Shown here piece after piece: positions 13,240 through 26,185 of a stretch of DNA of 64,000 nt. This DNA comes from Camelus dromedarius (lineage: Eukaryota). Numbering within the stretch: the first letter of the stretch is position 1; each line of letters opens with the position of its first letter. The stretch is taken from assembly GCF_036321535.1 (NCBI RefSeq), contig NC_087437.1, forward strand, positions 53,074,001 through 53,138,000, read 5' to 3'. A program made the position numbers and the translations under genes. Below the pieces are notes generated by a model, which worked only from the letters and a program-made list of their open reading frames with translations, was not told the origin of the DNA and did not search any database.

Positions 13240-14012
13240 TTCAGTCCACCAATGTTAGCTTCCAAACAGATCCAGAATTTAACCACTTCTTACCACCTGC
13301 AATGCTGCCACCCCGGTGTTAAGTTACCATCATTTCTTGTCTTGTTTATTTCAATAGCCTCCTATCTGGATCCCTGCTTGCATCGCTACAGTCTAGACTC
13401 AGCACAGCAGCTAGAGCGATCGGTTAGAACCTAAGTCAACCACATCACTCCTCTGCTCAAAATCTGCAGTGGTTCTCTGTTTCTCCAGAGTAAGAGAGAA
13501 GACCTTTTCAGTCGCCTGTAAGGCTTGATAATGCTTTGCAAATGCCCCTTCTCATTACTTTTCTGATCTCATTTCCCATTACGCACTCCGACCTGATTCG
13601 TTTAGTCCTTCTGCTCCAGTCACTCTGGCCTCCTAATTAATCTGCTACCATTCCAGGCACCCCTCAGGACCTTTGCACTCTGCCTGGAAGGTGCTTTCTC
13701 TAGACATCCCTGTGACTCACCCTCTCACTTCCTTAAAGTCTCTGTTCAGATGTCCTCTCCTCAGGGAGACCTTCCTTGGCTCCTCCAGCTTAAACTGCAG
13801 CTCCCCCAACGTCTCCTCTCCCTCCTTTATTTTCCGCTAGCACACATCTCTATCTAACATATTTTACTACACTTTTCAGTGTGTGTGTCTGCACCAGAAG
13901 GAAAGCACCACGAGGGCCTGGATTTTTCTCCGTTGGCTACTGATAAATCCCCAGGTCTTTGAACAGTGCCTGACATACACTAGAAACTCAATAATTATGT
14001 GTTGATCAAATG
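13240..14012 (+). mobile_element. L2 (L2a-like) 3' fragment
   Basis: cacatcactcctctgctcaaa, cctcaggacctttgcac, 3' end aacagtgcctgacatac...ctcaataa. Confidence 0.8.
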
Positions 14013-14891
14013 CTCGAGAGTGTGATTCTCTGGTGATTCCATCACATGACCCAACATTGACAGCACTGCCCTGTGGCTGCAGGCATCCCGTAAAGATGCT
14101 CTGGAGTTCCGAAGCAACTGGGACGATGACGGTGTGGCTGGTCTAGTGGATGTGTTCCCTTTCTTCCTTCCTCTGGTCTGACTCAGCCCCAGGCACTTCA
14201 ACCTCAGAGCCTTTCCATTAATGAGCCCCATCTCTGACACTGCCAGTCACAAGGACGGGGCCTATCTGGTTCGATTTGCCTTCTCCCCTTTCTGCCTTCT
14301 TTCTTTTCCATCCTTCTTCTAACCCGTGACCCCTGACCTATCCCTGCCTCCTCCTGAGGGGAGGTGTGGGCCAGACCCAGGCTTTCCCAGGTGCAGTGGG
14401 AGGGGCTCCTGTGCTCAGAGCTGACAGAGCCAGGCTCCTGGAGCTAGTGCCCCCGGGGTATGAGAGGAAGACAAAGGGGGTTGGCAAAGCACACCAGCTG
14501 TTACCTGCCTTCCTCCTGCCCTCCTGCCCTGGTCTCAGTGCCTCCCCCCACCTCCTCCCCTCTGCCCCTGGCCTCCAGCAGGAAATTGCAGGGGGGTTTC
14601 TGAACCAGTTGGGAAGTTAAACTAGATGAGATAGTAAATCTCATTTCCCCAATCTGAGATTTTGCCATTTGGGCTTCTGGAATGAAAAGGCAACCTGGAG
14701 TTCAATCTCTCTGGGCTGGCTCTTTAGAATTAGAAGCTGGGGGGTTCTACTCATCTCTGTGGCCCATAGTGAGACATTGCTATTCCTATGAAGATGGAAC
14801 TGAGAGTTTTCCCTTTACCAGACTCTCCCTTCACCTGCTCCCCTCTCCCCCAGCCTTTCTTGGATCTTGGAGGGATATTTGGAGAGCTTAC

Positions 14892-14941
14892 CGCTTGGTC
14901 CAGGAGACCGTTCTCATCTGAATCATAGAGACGAAACATGA
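14892..14941 (-). CDS. DGKG: DGKG exon 7 (50 nt): (F)MFRLYDSDENGLLDQA, EF-hand 1 loop
   Basis: Acceptor tttgcag|TC, donor GCG|GTAAGC; DxDxNG EF-hand loop. Confidence 0.97.
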
Positions 14942-15789
14942 CTGCAAAAAACACAGAGGTGAGGCTTGAGGTGTCCTTCAGGCACCATGGATGGGCTGAG
15001 ACTTTGCTGCGGCCAGTTTCCAGATCAGTTCAGACCATCACTGGGGCGAAGTCTGTTGCAGCCAGCTCACCCACCCTCCAGGGCAAGGAGTCTGACTTCT
15101 TTACAGAGAGGGTGGGAAAAGGGAGAAGAACCAAGCCACCTGCCTTCTGGAATTGTCTAAGCAATAACTCTGTGGCTAATGAGATCTGGGTCATGAGTGT
15201 GAGTCCCCGTAGCATCTCTGTACTTCATGTTTATTCAGTGGTGCGTCTCTGGTTGGAGTTTAAGTTGTTTAAAAGTAAGGTCATGGGATTTAGATTCTTT
15301 GTGACTCCTCTGAGTGTCCGGGTGAGAGACACTCGGCATACAAGGCTAACTCGCCAAACAGGTGGATGCATGATGTAATGACAGATCTTTGCCCTAGTGA
15401 TGCCCCCAGACCCTGGGCCCCAGTGGCTCTAGCATGTCCTACTGTGCATGAGGGATAAAATGAGAATGCGTGAATAAGCATCCAGGGCCTTGGGCAAGTC
15501 ATTTAACTTTTATGTGCTTTCTTATATGTAAAATGAGAATAATCATGTCGACTTTCTAGGGTTATTGTGAATGTTGATGGTCTGTGGTTAATGAGATAAT
15601 GCATTTAAAGTGCTTAGCAAAAATAAGGTGTTCAATGATGAGTTATTATTATTATTTACATTGATGATAGGTAGGATTTCAGGCCATCATTTCCCCAAAA
15701 ATACATGTTTGGTTATTTTTTTTTAAAGCTTAATTTGTTTTTGATCACTAAAATCAGGGAGGATTTGGATTTATTTGGTTTAATTAAAA

Positions 15790-16290
15790 AAAAAAACAAA
15801 GAAAACTTTACAAGACAAATGACCAAGCTTCTGCAACAAAAAATTGTAAGGAAAAAAAATAAGCAAAAGATTAAAAGAGACTGAAGAGACACAGTAACCA
15901 GTAGCAATGCCTGGACCTTACTTGGATCCTGACTCAAACAAACAATGTTTGAATTGTTTCCCAACTATGGGAAAATAATGAATCCTGACTGAATATTTGC
16001 TAATTGTAAGGAATCCTTTTCTTCAGATGTGACCATGGTACTGTGGTTCTATTTAAGAAAAAGTTATATTTTAGAGGTACGTACTGAAATATTTACAGAT
16101 GAAATTATATGATGTTTGGAATTTGCTTCAAAACAATCTGGGGCAGAGGGAAGGAGTGGGAGGTATAAAAAAACTTGACTGACTATAAGCTGGTAATTGT
16201 TGACGGTGGCTGACAAGTACATGGAAGTTCATTGTACTCTCTACTTTTGTCTATGTTTGAAATTTTCCACAATAAAAAGCTCTAAAAAAT
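15790..16290 (+). mobile_element. Old L1 (L1MC/MD-like) 3' end
   Basis: ttggatcctgactcaaacaa, tactgaaatatttacagatgaaat, end tgtttgaaattttccacaataaaaag. Confidence 0.75.
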
Positions 16291-17458
16291 GCAGTTTCTT
16301 TTTATTGCCATGACAAGACTCAGACTGCAAGGCACTACTATGAAGAATCTGCCACATCCTCTCCCATAGTTATGAACAAATATCACACCTGAAACCCCAA
16401 ATCTAACTGAATGTGGGAAATAATATGACATTTCACTTTTAACATTAGCCAGAAACCTGGTACATCTGCTTCCAAATTAGCAGTTAAGACCTGCAATTGT
16501 TAACACCTGACATCTATGGGGGAGCCTTTAAGCTTGGCTAGTGAGCAAACTGTTTCATTTTGGTTTTGGCAAGGATTAACCTTTGCCAGATTTTTCCTTG
16601 CTACTGCTTAAGATTTGTTGACTCGTCTGCGTGTTAGCTGGAATTTTGACTTTTTCTATAATATATATGCTTTCCCCTCAGTGTCTACTAAGATCCCAAG
16701 AGAAGCCAAAACAGTATCTATTTTTTAACAAGGTCCCATCATGTTATAAAAAGTTTGCCTGCAGGCTCACAGAGGCCAGTGAGACCATCCCTGAAGTGAC
16801 TCATGTCCAAGACTGCAGGCTGTTTCAGTCACTATAGGCTTTCCTTTCTGCCCCCAGTTATTATTCTCCTCCTGAAGACATGCTTTTGAAACTCAGCTCG
16901 ACTCCCATATTTAACTAGCCCTCATTCTCTAGAGGCCACAACACTTGGGGTGGAGAGGCAGGTGGGTGAAGAATTGGAAATAAGCTTTAACAAGATAGAG
17001 GTTGATGAGATCTCAAGAAAAAAAAATAAGGATTCCTCATATTTCAAGTGTTGCTTGGACATGGAATAGGGGAAGGAAGACAGAAGTTGAAAATCCTCCC
17101 TTGAAAAATCTGCTAAGAGGAGGCAGCAGCTTTCTGATTGGAGGCTTTCCAGAAATCCTGCCAGCAAAGAAAGGGAGTGTTCACCCTTTGCAGAGACCCC
17201 TTCCTTTTCCAGCTCCTGGTTTTCAATACCAAGATTTCAAATGCACTTCCCACACTCTATACAACAGCTACTGTGTCCCAAGGCAGATTCTAGGAAATAT
17301 ACATGTTACTGCTGGTGACAGGGCAGAAAACCTCCCCCACGGAGGCAGGACCTACCTCTGGATCCCAGATCAATCTCCAGCACGTTTAGAATGATGGACA
17401 GGACACTAGCTCTTCCTCTAGGAAAAAGTCAAAGCCCCTTGACAGGGTGCATACGTAC

Positions 17459-17629
17459 ACTCTAGCTTATCCTGAGGTCTCCCCGTCTCCAGCAGGGACA
17501 GGTAACACACGACGTCCTTCAGGTACACTGTGGGGGATTCTGAGCCTGGAGACTGAACAACAGGGTTTCCCAGAGGGGTCGCAGCCGCTTGGTCTTTAGC
17601 TGGCACTTGCTTCTCGGTCATCTTTGATT
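17459..17629 (-). CDS. DGKG: DGKG exon 6 (171 nt): (E)SKMTEKQVPAKDQAAATPLGNPVVQSPGSESPTVYLKDVVCYLSLLETGRPQDKLE(F)
   Basis: Acceptor ttgttgcag|AA, donor T|GTACGT; conserved YLSLLExGRPxDKLEF motif; contained in ORF 17418..17708. Confidence 0.97.
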
Positions 17630-19004
17630 CTGCAACAAGCAAAAGGAAAGCATCTAAGGACACAATGTTTAGTAAATATGAAACCCTTTGTTGCCCCATC
17701 CTTTTCATGGCAGAGGCAAGAATTTTCTATAAGTGTCTTCAAAAGCGTCGGTTACATAGATACAGTCAAATTGGTGGCCCTAGAAATCCAGTTTGTAGAG
17801 TACATATTCTCTGAATGAAGCCCATTCTGAGTCTTTTTAAGAGTCTATGGCTTTATAAGAAATTCACCTATGCTGTGTACATTTTCAGAAAAGATGATAG
17901 TGATTTTTAATAATGTCAATAGCTAATAGCTAATGTCATTTAGCCTAATTTGGGGGGGGGGAACACACCCCATCTATAGAGGTATTTTTGGCTGGGATTC
18001 CAAAAATTCAGACTATTGGTTATTTGCCAATATACCCCTTCTCACAATTTTCTTCTCTAATGTATTTAAAGATAAATAAAAAGATGAAAGTTCAGAAGAG
18101 AAAACTGGGATTGATAATCAATTAATTTCTGTAAACTAGGAAGAATTTTGTCTTATTGAAAGCCTAATCAGTGTATAAAGAAAGCAGGTTATCATACCAT
18201 AGGAATAGAGTAAGTTTTCCCTCTGAAATTTTCCTTCTCATAGGTAGGGAAACTGTTTCTTTCCTCTGGTTAAGAAATACGACATTATTACCAACCAGAA
18301 AACCAGGCACCTATATTTTACTGTGTACAGTATATTTTTTTGAGGCACTTTAAGAGCTCCCTCTCTCTCCCCAGCCTGACAATACCCATGTCCATCAGAA
18401 ATGATCTCAATATCAAACAAGAGGTTCAACTCACAGAAAACACAGGAAACAGTGAAAAGAAGATTGACTGGCAGTGGAAAATCCAACCTAAGTATTGCAC
18501 CACCAAGTAATAGTGCTGAAGTCACAGGCAGAGGGAGAGACAGTCTGGACAATAATGCCTACTGGGGAAGGCAATGCCACCAGTACACTCTTCATTCAGA
18601 GAACCAAAGTGCCAAGCAATGGCAAACAGTCACTGCAGGCTGACAGAGCTGTGCTAAATGAAAGCCTACCAGGTCCGAGGGGTAAGGCTGTGGTCTGAGA
18701 CGGGAGCTGGCCATCACCCAGATGGACCGTGGGGGAGACCAAAGGTCATTGGCACACCCTGTGTGTTACAAAGGGCCCTGTGAGGAGACCAGGATGGAAG
18801 CCATGAAACAGAGCTGCAGAACAAGGAAAAGGCAGCTTCATCCTAAAGTCTCAAAGGATCAGGCCTTTGGAAATAACTTCCTACTGGACAAGACCCTCAG
18901 TGGGTTGCAAAAAGATGTAACATCTATTAAACAACAATGTAAAATTTTCAATGTCTGGCATTCAATAAAATATTGCAAAGAAGCAAGAAAATATGAACAA
19001 TATT

Positions 19005-19497
19005 CATATTTTATTTCATTCATATTCCAGCCCCAAACTGGAAACAACCCTAATGTCCATCAATAGGTGAATGGGTAAACAAACTGTGGAATATCTACCT
19101 ATATACTGAAATACTAATCAGCAATAAAATATGTTAATTATGATACACGCAACAATATGGATGAATTTTAAAATTATTATGCTGAGTGAAAGAAGTCACA
19201 TGAAAAAAGTACATACTGTATCATTCTTCTTATATAAAATCTAGAAAATGTAATCTAGTCAACAGTGACAGCAAGCAGATCAGTGGCTGTACGGAGATGG
19301 AGGTGGGTGGGTAGGGAGGCTGGGAGAAAGGGATTATAAATGGGAAACTTTTGGGGCTGGCGGATATCTTCATTATAATGATGTGGTGCTGATTTTATGG
19401 GTGTATATGGAGATAAAAACTTATTAATTGTACATTTTAAACATGTGCAATTCATTTTATGTCAACTGTGTTTTAACAAAGGTATTTTAAAACAAAA
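19005..19497 (+). mobile_element. Old L1 (L1MB/ME-like) 3' end
   Basis: aaactggaaacaaccctaatgtccatcaataggtgaatgg, tatgctgagtgaaagaagtca. Confidence 0.8.
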
Positions 19498-19499
19498 TA

Positions 19500-21182
19500 G
19501 TCATTATATGCTGATGACGTAATGTTCTATGTAGAACCTAAAGACTCCACACAAAAACTATTAGAATAAATGAATTCAGCAAGGTAGCAGCATACAAGAT
19601 TAATACACATAAATCTGTTGCATTTCTTTACACTAATCTCAGAAAGAGAAAGTAAAAAAAAAAATCCCATTTAAAATCATGTCAAAACAAAAACAAAAAC
19701 AAAAACAAACCTAGGAATAAACCTAACCAGGAGTTGAAAGACCTATATACTGAGAACTATAAAACACTGATAAAGGAAACTGAAGATGATTCAAAGAAAT
19801 GGAAAGATATGCCATGCTCTTAAATTGGAAGACTTAACATTGTTAAAACGGCCTACTACCAAAGGAATCTACAGATTTAATGTGATCCCTATCAAACTAC
19901 CCATGACATTTTTCACAGAACTAGAACAAATAATCCTAAAATTTATACGGAACCACAAAAGACCCAGACTTGCCAAAGCAATTCTGAGAATAAAGAACAA
20001 AGCTGGAGGATTAACCCTCCCAGACTTCAGATAATACTACAGAGCTACAGTAATCAAAACATCATGATATTGGCACAAAAACAGACATATAGATCAATGG
20101 AACAGAATAGAGAGCCCAGAAATAAACTCATACACCTGTGGTCAATTAATCTTCTGCAAGGTAGAGAAGAATACACAATGGTGAAAAGACAATCTCTTCA
20201 GCAAGCAGTGTTGGGAAAGCTGGACAGCTGCATGTAAATCAATGAAGTTAGAACACTCTCACACCATATACAAAAATAAACTCAAAACAACTTAAAGACT
20301 TAAATATGTCATGACACCATAAAACCAGAAGAGAACATAGGCGAAACATTCTCTGACACAAATTGTAGCAATGTTTTTTCACTTCAGTCTCCCAAGGCGA
20401 TAGACATAAAAGCAAAAGTAAACAAATGAGACCTAATCAAATTTAAAAACTTTTGCACAGCAGAGGAAACCATAAACAAAACTAAAAGACAGCCTATGGA
20501 CTGGGAGAAAATGTTTGCAAACTATGTGTCAGCAAGGGCTTAATTTCCAAAATATACAAAAAGCTAATAGAATTCCATAACAAAAAATAAACTCAATCAA
20601 AAATGGGCAGAAGACCTAAATAGACATTTCTCCAAAGAAGACATACAGATGGCCAACAGGCACATGAACAGATTATTGCTAATTATTAGAGAAATGGAAG
20701 TCAAAATTATAGTGAGGTACCACCACCTCATACCAGTCAGGATGCCTTCATTGAAAAATCTACAAATAATAAATGCTGGAGAGGGTGTGGAGAAAAGGGA
20801 ACTCCTACACTGTTGGGAATGTGAACTGGTGAAGTCTCTATGGAGAATGGTATGGAGGCTCCCTAAAAAACTAAAAATAGAGTAATATGATCCAGCAATT
20901 CCACTCCTGGGCATATATCCAGAAAATATGAAAGCTGTAATTAGAAAAGATACATGCACCCCAATGTTCATGGAAACACTATTTACGATAGCCAAGACAT
21001 GGAAGCAGCCTAAATATCCATTGACAGATGAATGGATAAAGATGTCGTGGTGTGTATAGGCACCCATGTGCGCATGCGCGTGCACACGTGCGTGCACACA
21101 CACACACAGAGGAATACTACTTAAGTCATAAAAAATAATTAAATAATGCCATTTGCAGCAACATGGATGGACCTAGAGATTG
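19500..21182 (+). mobile_element. L1 ORF2 fragment (RT motif to C-terminus), degenerate, no 3'UTR or poly(A)
   Basis: Starts at YADD-like tatgctgatgac; ORFs 19786..20034 ([19 protein letters not shown]) and 20649..20885 (GEGVEKRELLHCWEC) are L1 ORF2 peptides. Confidence 0.93.
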
Positions 21183-23239
21183 CCGTTCTTTTCCAAAGAT
21201 CCTTTGGTTACCAGAGCTTTGACTGGATCTTGAGCCATTGTTCTAGCCTTTGTTGAGGTCTACTGTTCAGTCCAGCAGTGGAACTGCTGGGCCCAGAAAG
21301 ACAGAGAGGCACATAGTCTCACTGGCGTCCCACCTCCTCATGCTGCCCTGTGTGAAATACCCCTAAGCTACAGTCATCTGAGCACATTCCTCAGGGACCA
21401 CCCTCTTCCAGAGAAGAGGTTCTATCAGGTGCCAACATTCTTCAGGGTCCCGCAGTAATAAAAGACTAACACCTTCTAGACACAAAGTCTCTATATTACT
21501 TCTTGCTTTCCAGTTGGGCTGTATGGCTTAGTGGAAAGAGCACCAAGATAGAGGCAGAAAACTGGGTTTGTGCTAAATGATGTGTGATCTTGCCCAAGTA
21601 GGCTTACTCGCCACACCCAACCTCAGTTTTCTCATCTATTAAAAGACAGACTTGCATTAAAGTTGATAGTCACCAAAAGTCTTGAATGACATGAAAAATG
21701 TGAATATAATGTGAAATGAAAAACAAAGCTAGATCCAAAATTATATGCATACAGTCTGATTCTAATCCTGTAAAAAAATTATGGGAAAAAACCTACAAGG
21801 ATACATGTGTGCATATGCATGCATAATTGCACTGGTAGATTATAGGTGATTTTGTTGTTTCTTTAGTTTTTTTGTACCCTTCAAATTTTTTACATTGGGT
21901 TACTTTTATAATTAGGAAAAAATAAGGAAAAACTTGAGGGACTTTCCTCAAGACTCTATATCTTCCAAGTTGCTGAAACATCTCAACAGTCTGAAGAACT
22001 GAAAAACCAGGAGGATGAAGTTCACATTGTTTGTCCCACTTTGTCCTGGGCATTCGGGGAAGGGTGAATTCAGCTTTTCCTGAGCTGAAATCCTGACAAT
22101 GACAGACTGCTCAAGTCTCTGAGCTGATGTCTGAACTCAGTGAAAGTCCCTCTATGCTGTGTTTATGGATCCAATCATTTCTTACAGTGGGCTGTTTTGA
22201 TCGGAGCTTGGAGATTGATCTGATAGGCCTAAACAGGCCCCATCAAAAGAGAATCTAGTTTCTTCCTCTGGTTTCCACTTGGGCAACAGGAAAAGGGTGG
22301 TATTTTCAACAGATGGCCTGATCTAAGGTGACTCCAGAACTTGGCTCTTCCTTGCTGACAGAGGCCCCTCCCTGTGGTGTCCACCTGTCCCTACATTCTT
22401 GCTTCTGGTGAACAGGGGTGTCTAATTAAGACATCCGTGGAAGATGGCCTAACAGGAGAAGGATTTTCTACTTTAAATCTCAAGTCACAGAAGAAGATTA
22501 AAAAATGCTATACACCTCCCTGGGCCAGGAGTCAGGTAACTGCCCTTTCATGACTAGACCACATGAGACTGACACTCCCATGCATAGGAAAACAGTGCGA
22601 GGAAGTCTCTGGAAGTTGCTCTCAGACCCAGAATGATACAGATACAAGCACAGCCAAGGCCTATTATCATCATAGATTACTTTTTCTCAACTGTCACATC
22701 CCCACTAAGTCCTTCCTTGGTATCTTAGAAACTTTAATCACTAAAAAAAAATCCTGCCCAGACAACTTGGAACCTCAGGGGATGCAGAATAACTTCTCTC
22801 AGGTTCCTCTTGAAGTTCCAGACACTTAGAAGGTCTCTGCGCAAAGAATTTGGGTCCAGAAACTTTTCACAGTTGATTTTCTTGCTGAGAATTTAGAATC
22901 TCAAAGCTTCCAGTTTGACCTTTTTCTTTCCACCATGAGAATGATTTATGTCATAACACGCCTCCTCTATTCCACATAAGATTTAAGACTTATAACTTTA
23001 ATCCATTTAACCAAGGGGCCATGGACCTAGCATGTCTGGGTGAGATGCTGGGCAGAGGGGTGGGTGAGCCTATACTTTGTAGAGTCTTGCAGTGTCCCTG
23101 AAGGCCTCCAGAAGGCACCGATGCTCTCAGTCCTTGCTTTCTGGAGCTCTATGAGAAGCCTGGTATTTGCTAAGCTTATGGTCCAGAGGCAATTCTCCTT
23201 TCCCAACCTTGTTCTGCTTTCCATCTGGAGTGAATTTTT

Positions 23240-23363
23240 CCTTTTAAATCTAAATGTCCTTCTTGCTTTTTTTTTTTTTTTTAAATAGAGGTACTGAAGA
23301 TTGAACCCAGGACTTCATGTATGCTAAGCATGCACTCTACCACTGAGCTATACCCACCCTCCC
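23240..23363 (-). mobile_element. tRNA-derived SINE (vic-1-like, camelid type) with A16 tail and 12-bp TSD
   Basis: Minus strand GGGTATAGCTCAGTGGTAGAGTGCATGCTTAGCAT...GGGTTCAATC (A and B boxes); flanking GAGTGAA(T/C)TTTT at 23228-23239 and 23364-23375. Confidence 0.9.
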
Positions 23364-23899
23364 GAGTGAACTTTTGATCTCACCAGTTCTTCAGTTGTAC
23401 ACTGAGAACTCTATAATCCTCTAGTTGTCCTTTTTGCCATGACTGGAAAAAAGATTAGAACAATATCTATTATCCACTTGAAGAAATTCTTGCATCTTAG
23501 ATTCCTGTTACAATTAATTCTCACTCAGTTGTATTATCTCTTATCTATACTTCCATGTATGTATGCATGTATGTATGTGTATACATATATATAGGATATA
23601 TATAGTCAGATACAATAAAACTGCATTTTTTATCCCCTGAGCACATCCCAAGAGCTGGAATTCACTAATGTGTATCAATATTTTCCAAACAATAATGCAC
23701 AGGAATTAAGGCCTGTTTCTCTGAGTCTCTGTATTTGAAGCTCCAAGACCAACCTGGGAGGGAGACAGTATTTAAAAGTCCTCCCATGAGAAGAGAATGC
23801 CCAACTGATACATCTGGAGACTGAGGGTGCAGACTGAAGGAGATCTTGGCAGACATGACAAGGTAACAGTAGGGTGTACTTTTGGAGGGTGGCCTGAAT

Positions 23900-24140
23900 A
23901 AAACTGCTAATATTTATCGAACATTTACAATGCTCCAGCTACTATTCTAAGCATTTTACACACATAACTCACTTAACCTTCATATCAACACTTATTGTCA
24001 TCTCATGTTACAGATGGGGAAACTGAGGCTCAGAGATATTGTTCAAACATACCCAAGGTTATAGAGATAGAGATTGTCAGAGCTGGGCATAAAACCCAGG
24101 AAGTCTGTCTCTAAAGTTCAGATTCTTAACCAATATGCTT
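23900..24140 (-). mobile_element. MIR SINE, near full length
   Basis: atttatcgaacatttac...ttacagatggggaaactgaggctcagaga...cccaaggtt. Confidence 0.85.
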
Positions 24141-24980
24141 AGTGCCTGACCCAGCTTGGGTCGATAGTGTCCAGGGAATTTGTACTGGATCTGAGAACAA
24201 AGATCAAGGAGGGTAATCTTTGCTCCTTCCAATTTTCCTAGGAGTGCCTGCCCTTGGGCCTGTGCCTGTCAATAACCTGCCAACAGAGGAATGGATTCCC
24301 ACTGATAAATGGGCCAGAGAAGGTTCCATGTCAGCCATGGCCCAGGAGTGGGTGCACTGGCAGCCAGGTACCATGATGGCGGCCCCACTGGGAGCACAGC
24401 TTTGGTCATTCCACTGTGAACAACCAAAGTGAAGCCTTTACATGGAGGCAAACCTTAGTCCAGGCACCTCAAGACAGATCATTGCTTTCTCTCTTGGTGT
24501 GGAAAAGAGCAGCAGCTTTGAGGTTGGACAGTTCTGGACTGAATCCCCAGTTTCACCAGTTACACGGTGATATACAACCTCTTAAAGTCTCAGCTCCTCC
24601 ATGTGTGAAATGGTGTGACTGCAAAGGCTCAGTGAAACATGCAATAAAGCAGGTGCCTGGCAAACAGATCTTCAAAACAGTGTTAGCCGACATGTGCGCA
24701 TACACAACCCCCCACTGTATTCTTTCTCCTTTCCCCCTCTCTGGCTAGGCAGACCCATCAGAAGTAAACATCTAAGGAGCTGTCTGAAGTCGTGATCTGC
24801 CCTGTTTCAGAGCAAGTGAACTACGAACCCTCATCTAGCATCAAAATCCCAGCACACTGAGTGGCAGGGGCCCTGGAAAAGGAGGCAGACAAGATCTACT
24901 TAAAAGCATTTAAACTGCTAGTCAGACTCCCCCCTCCCTCCAAGGACGAGGTATTCCCCACTCCTCCCCGAAAGACTTAC

Positions 24981-25043
24981 CCGTATCTGGGGCACAGGCC
25001 TCGTCTGCTTTGGCAGCATTATCTGCATTCTGTATGTCGGAAT
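24981..25043 (-). CDS. DGKG: DGKG exon 5 (63 nt): (D)SDIQNADNAAKADEACAPDT(E)
   Basis: Acceptor tttcccag|AT, donor G|GTAAGT; phase 1-1. Confidence 0.95.
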
Positions 25044-25604
25044 CTGGGAAATAAAAAAGAAGATTTAAGAACTAGACCATGTCCTCCAGCTTTTTAGAGA
25101 GGCAGGCAGGAGACCTTCCCATGAGATCTGGACCACTTGGGTTGTGCCTGTGTTTCTGGTGTCAGCTGGGTTCATGCTCTCTGATGGGTTGGGCTGTGTC
25201 TCTTCCATTATAGTTCAAATTTCAGAAAGACAGGGACCACTTTGTTCCCTTCCTCTGACTCTCCCGGGCTAGTCCCAGCCCATGTGCTGCCCCGAGACTG
25301 GCAGTTTTTGCGGAAGGCCCTCCCCTACTGCTTGCTGTACGTTAGCTTGTGCCTCCTCTTCTCCCCAGCCTCCCTCTGATCCTGATGGCAGGAACTATGC
25401 CCTTCTTTATTTCTTTGAGAGATCCATCAGACAGGGCTTCCTGTGAGGCCCTGAGAAGACAGGGGTTCCTGTTCCCTGGTCTCCATGTCCCCCCCACAGG
25501 GAAGTTACTGTGCACAGGGGACCCTCTAGGAGGCAGCCTGTGCCTGTGGCAAGTGGGTTAGAGCCGCAAAATCTTTCCATCTTGGGGAACGCTGGTTCAT
25601 GTAC

Positions 25605-25770
25605 CTGGGCCACTGGCCTCGCTGTTGCTGGCCCCCTCCTTTGGGTGGTCAGGGGTCTCCTGTCTGGGCTTCTGGCTGAAGGCCAGGAAGAGGTGTGTGC
25701 TCAGTGGCTGAGGAAGGTCCACCTCCAGGTATGCCCTCATGAACAGCGTGAAGACATCATAGCTAATTGG
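25605..25770 (-). CDS. DGKG: DGKG exon 4 (166 nt): PISYDVFTLFMRAYLEVDLPQPLSTHLFLAFSQKPRQETPDHPKEGASNSEASGP(D)
   Basis: Acceptor ttctcag|CCA, donor CAG|GTACAT; DGK type I N-terminal domain sequence. Confidence 0.97.
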
Positions 25771-26185
25771 CTGAGAAGGGACAAAGAGGGAAAAGTCAGT
25801 AGAGAAAAGTGAAGGGACAGAGAAGGGGGAGAGAAGGAGAAGGAATCAGGGAGCTGGCCTGCGAGAGAAATGGAAAGGGAAACAGAAGGGGTTAGAGTGA
25901 TTGGTGGGGGCAGGAAGGAAAAGGCCCGGAGGGTGACAGAAAGCGACTGGCACAGGGAGCGGGGGTAGGATGTAAGAGAAAACGCTGGTGGCTGAGTGAC
26001 TGAACTTGTTGGGGCACGGAACTGCAGGAGGCCGTTGTAACAAGGCATGGCTGAATTTAGGTAGAAAAGTGGAGAGTGCAAACTGCGAGTGAGAGCTCTG
26101 GCTGAGCCCAGGCCCACGAGAGGGACTCGTCTCTAATGAGCAGGACGAGGTCAGTGCCCTGGTTAAGATGAAAAAAAACGGTGAG

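Noticed and set aside
20597..21103. Hydrophobic minus-strand ORFs here and at 58305..58709 and 60554..60995
   Set aside because: Antisense translations of A-rich L1 sequence.
23283..23363. tRNA-like sequence
   Set aside because: A-tail, TSD and a degenerate acceptor and T stem show it is a SINE, not a tRNA gene.
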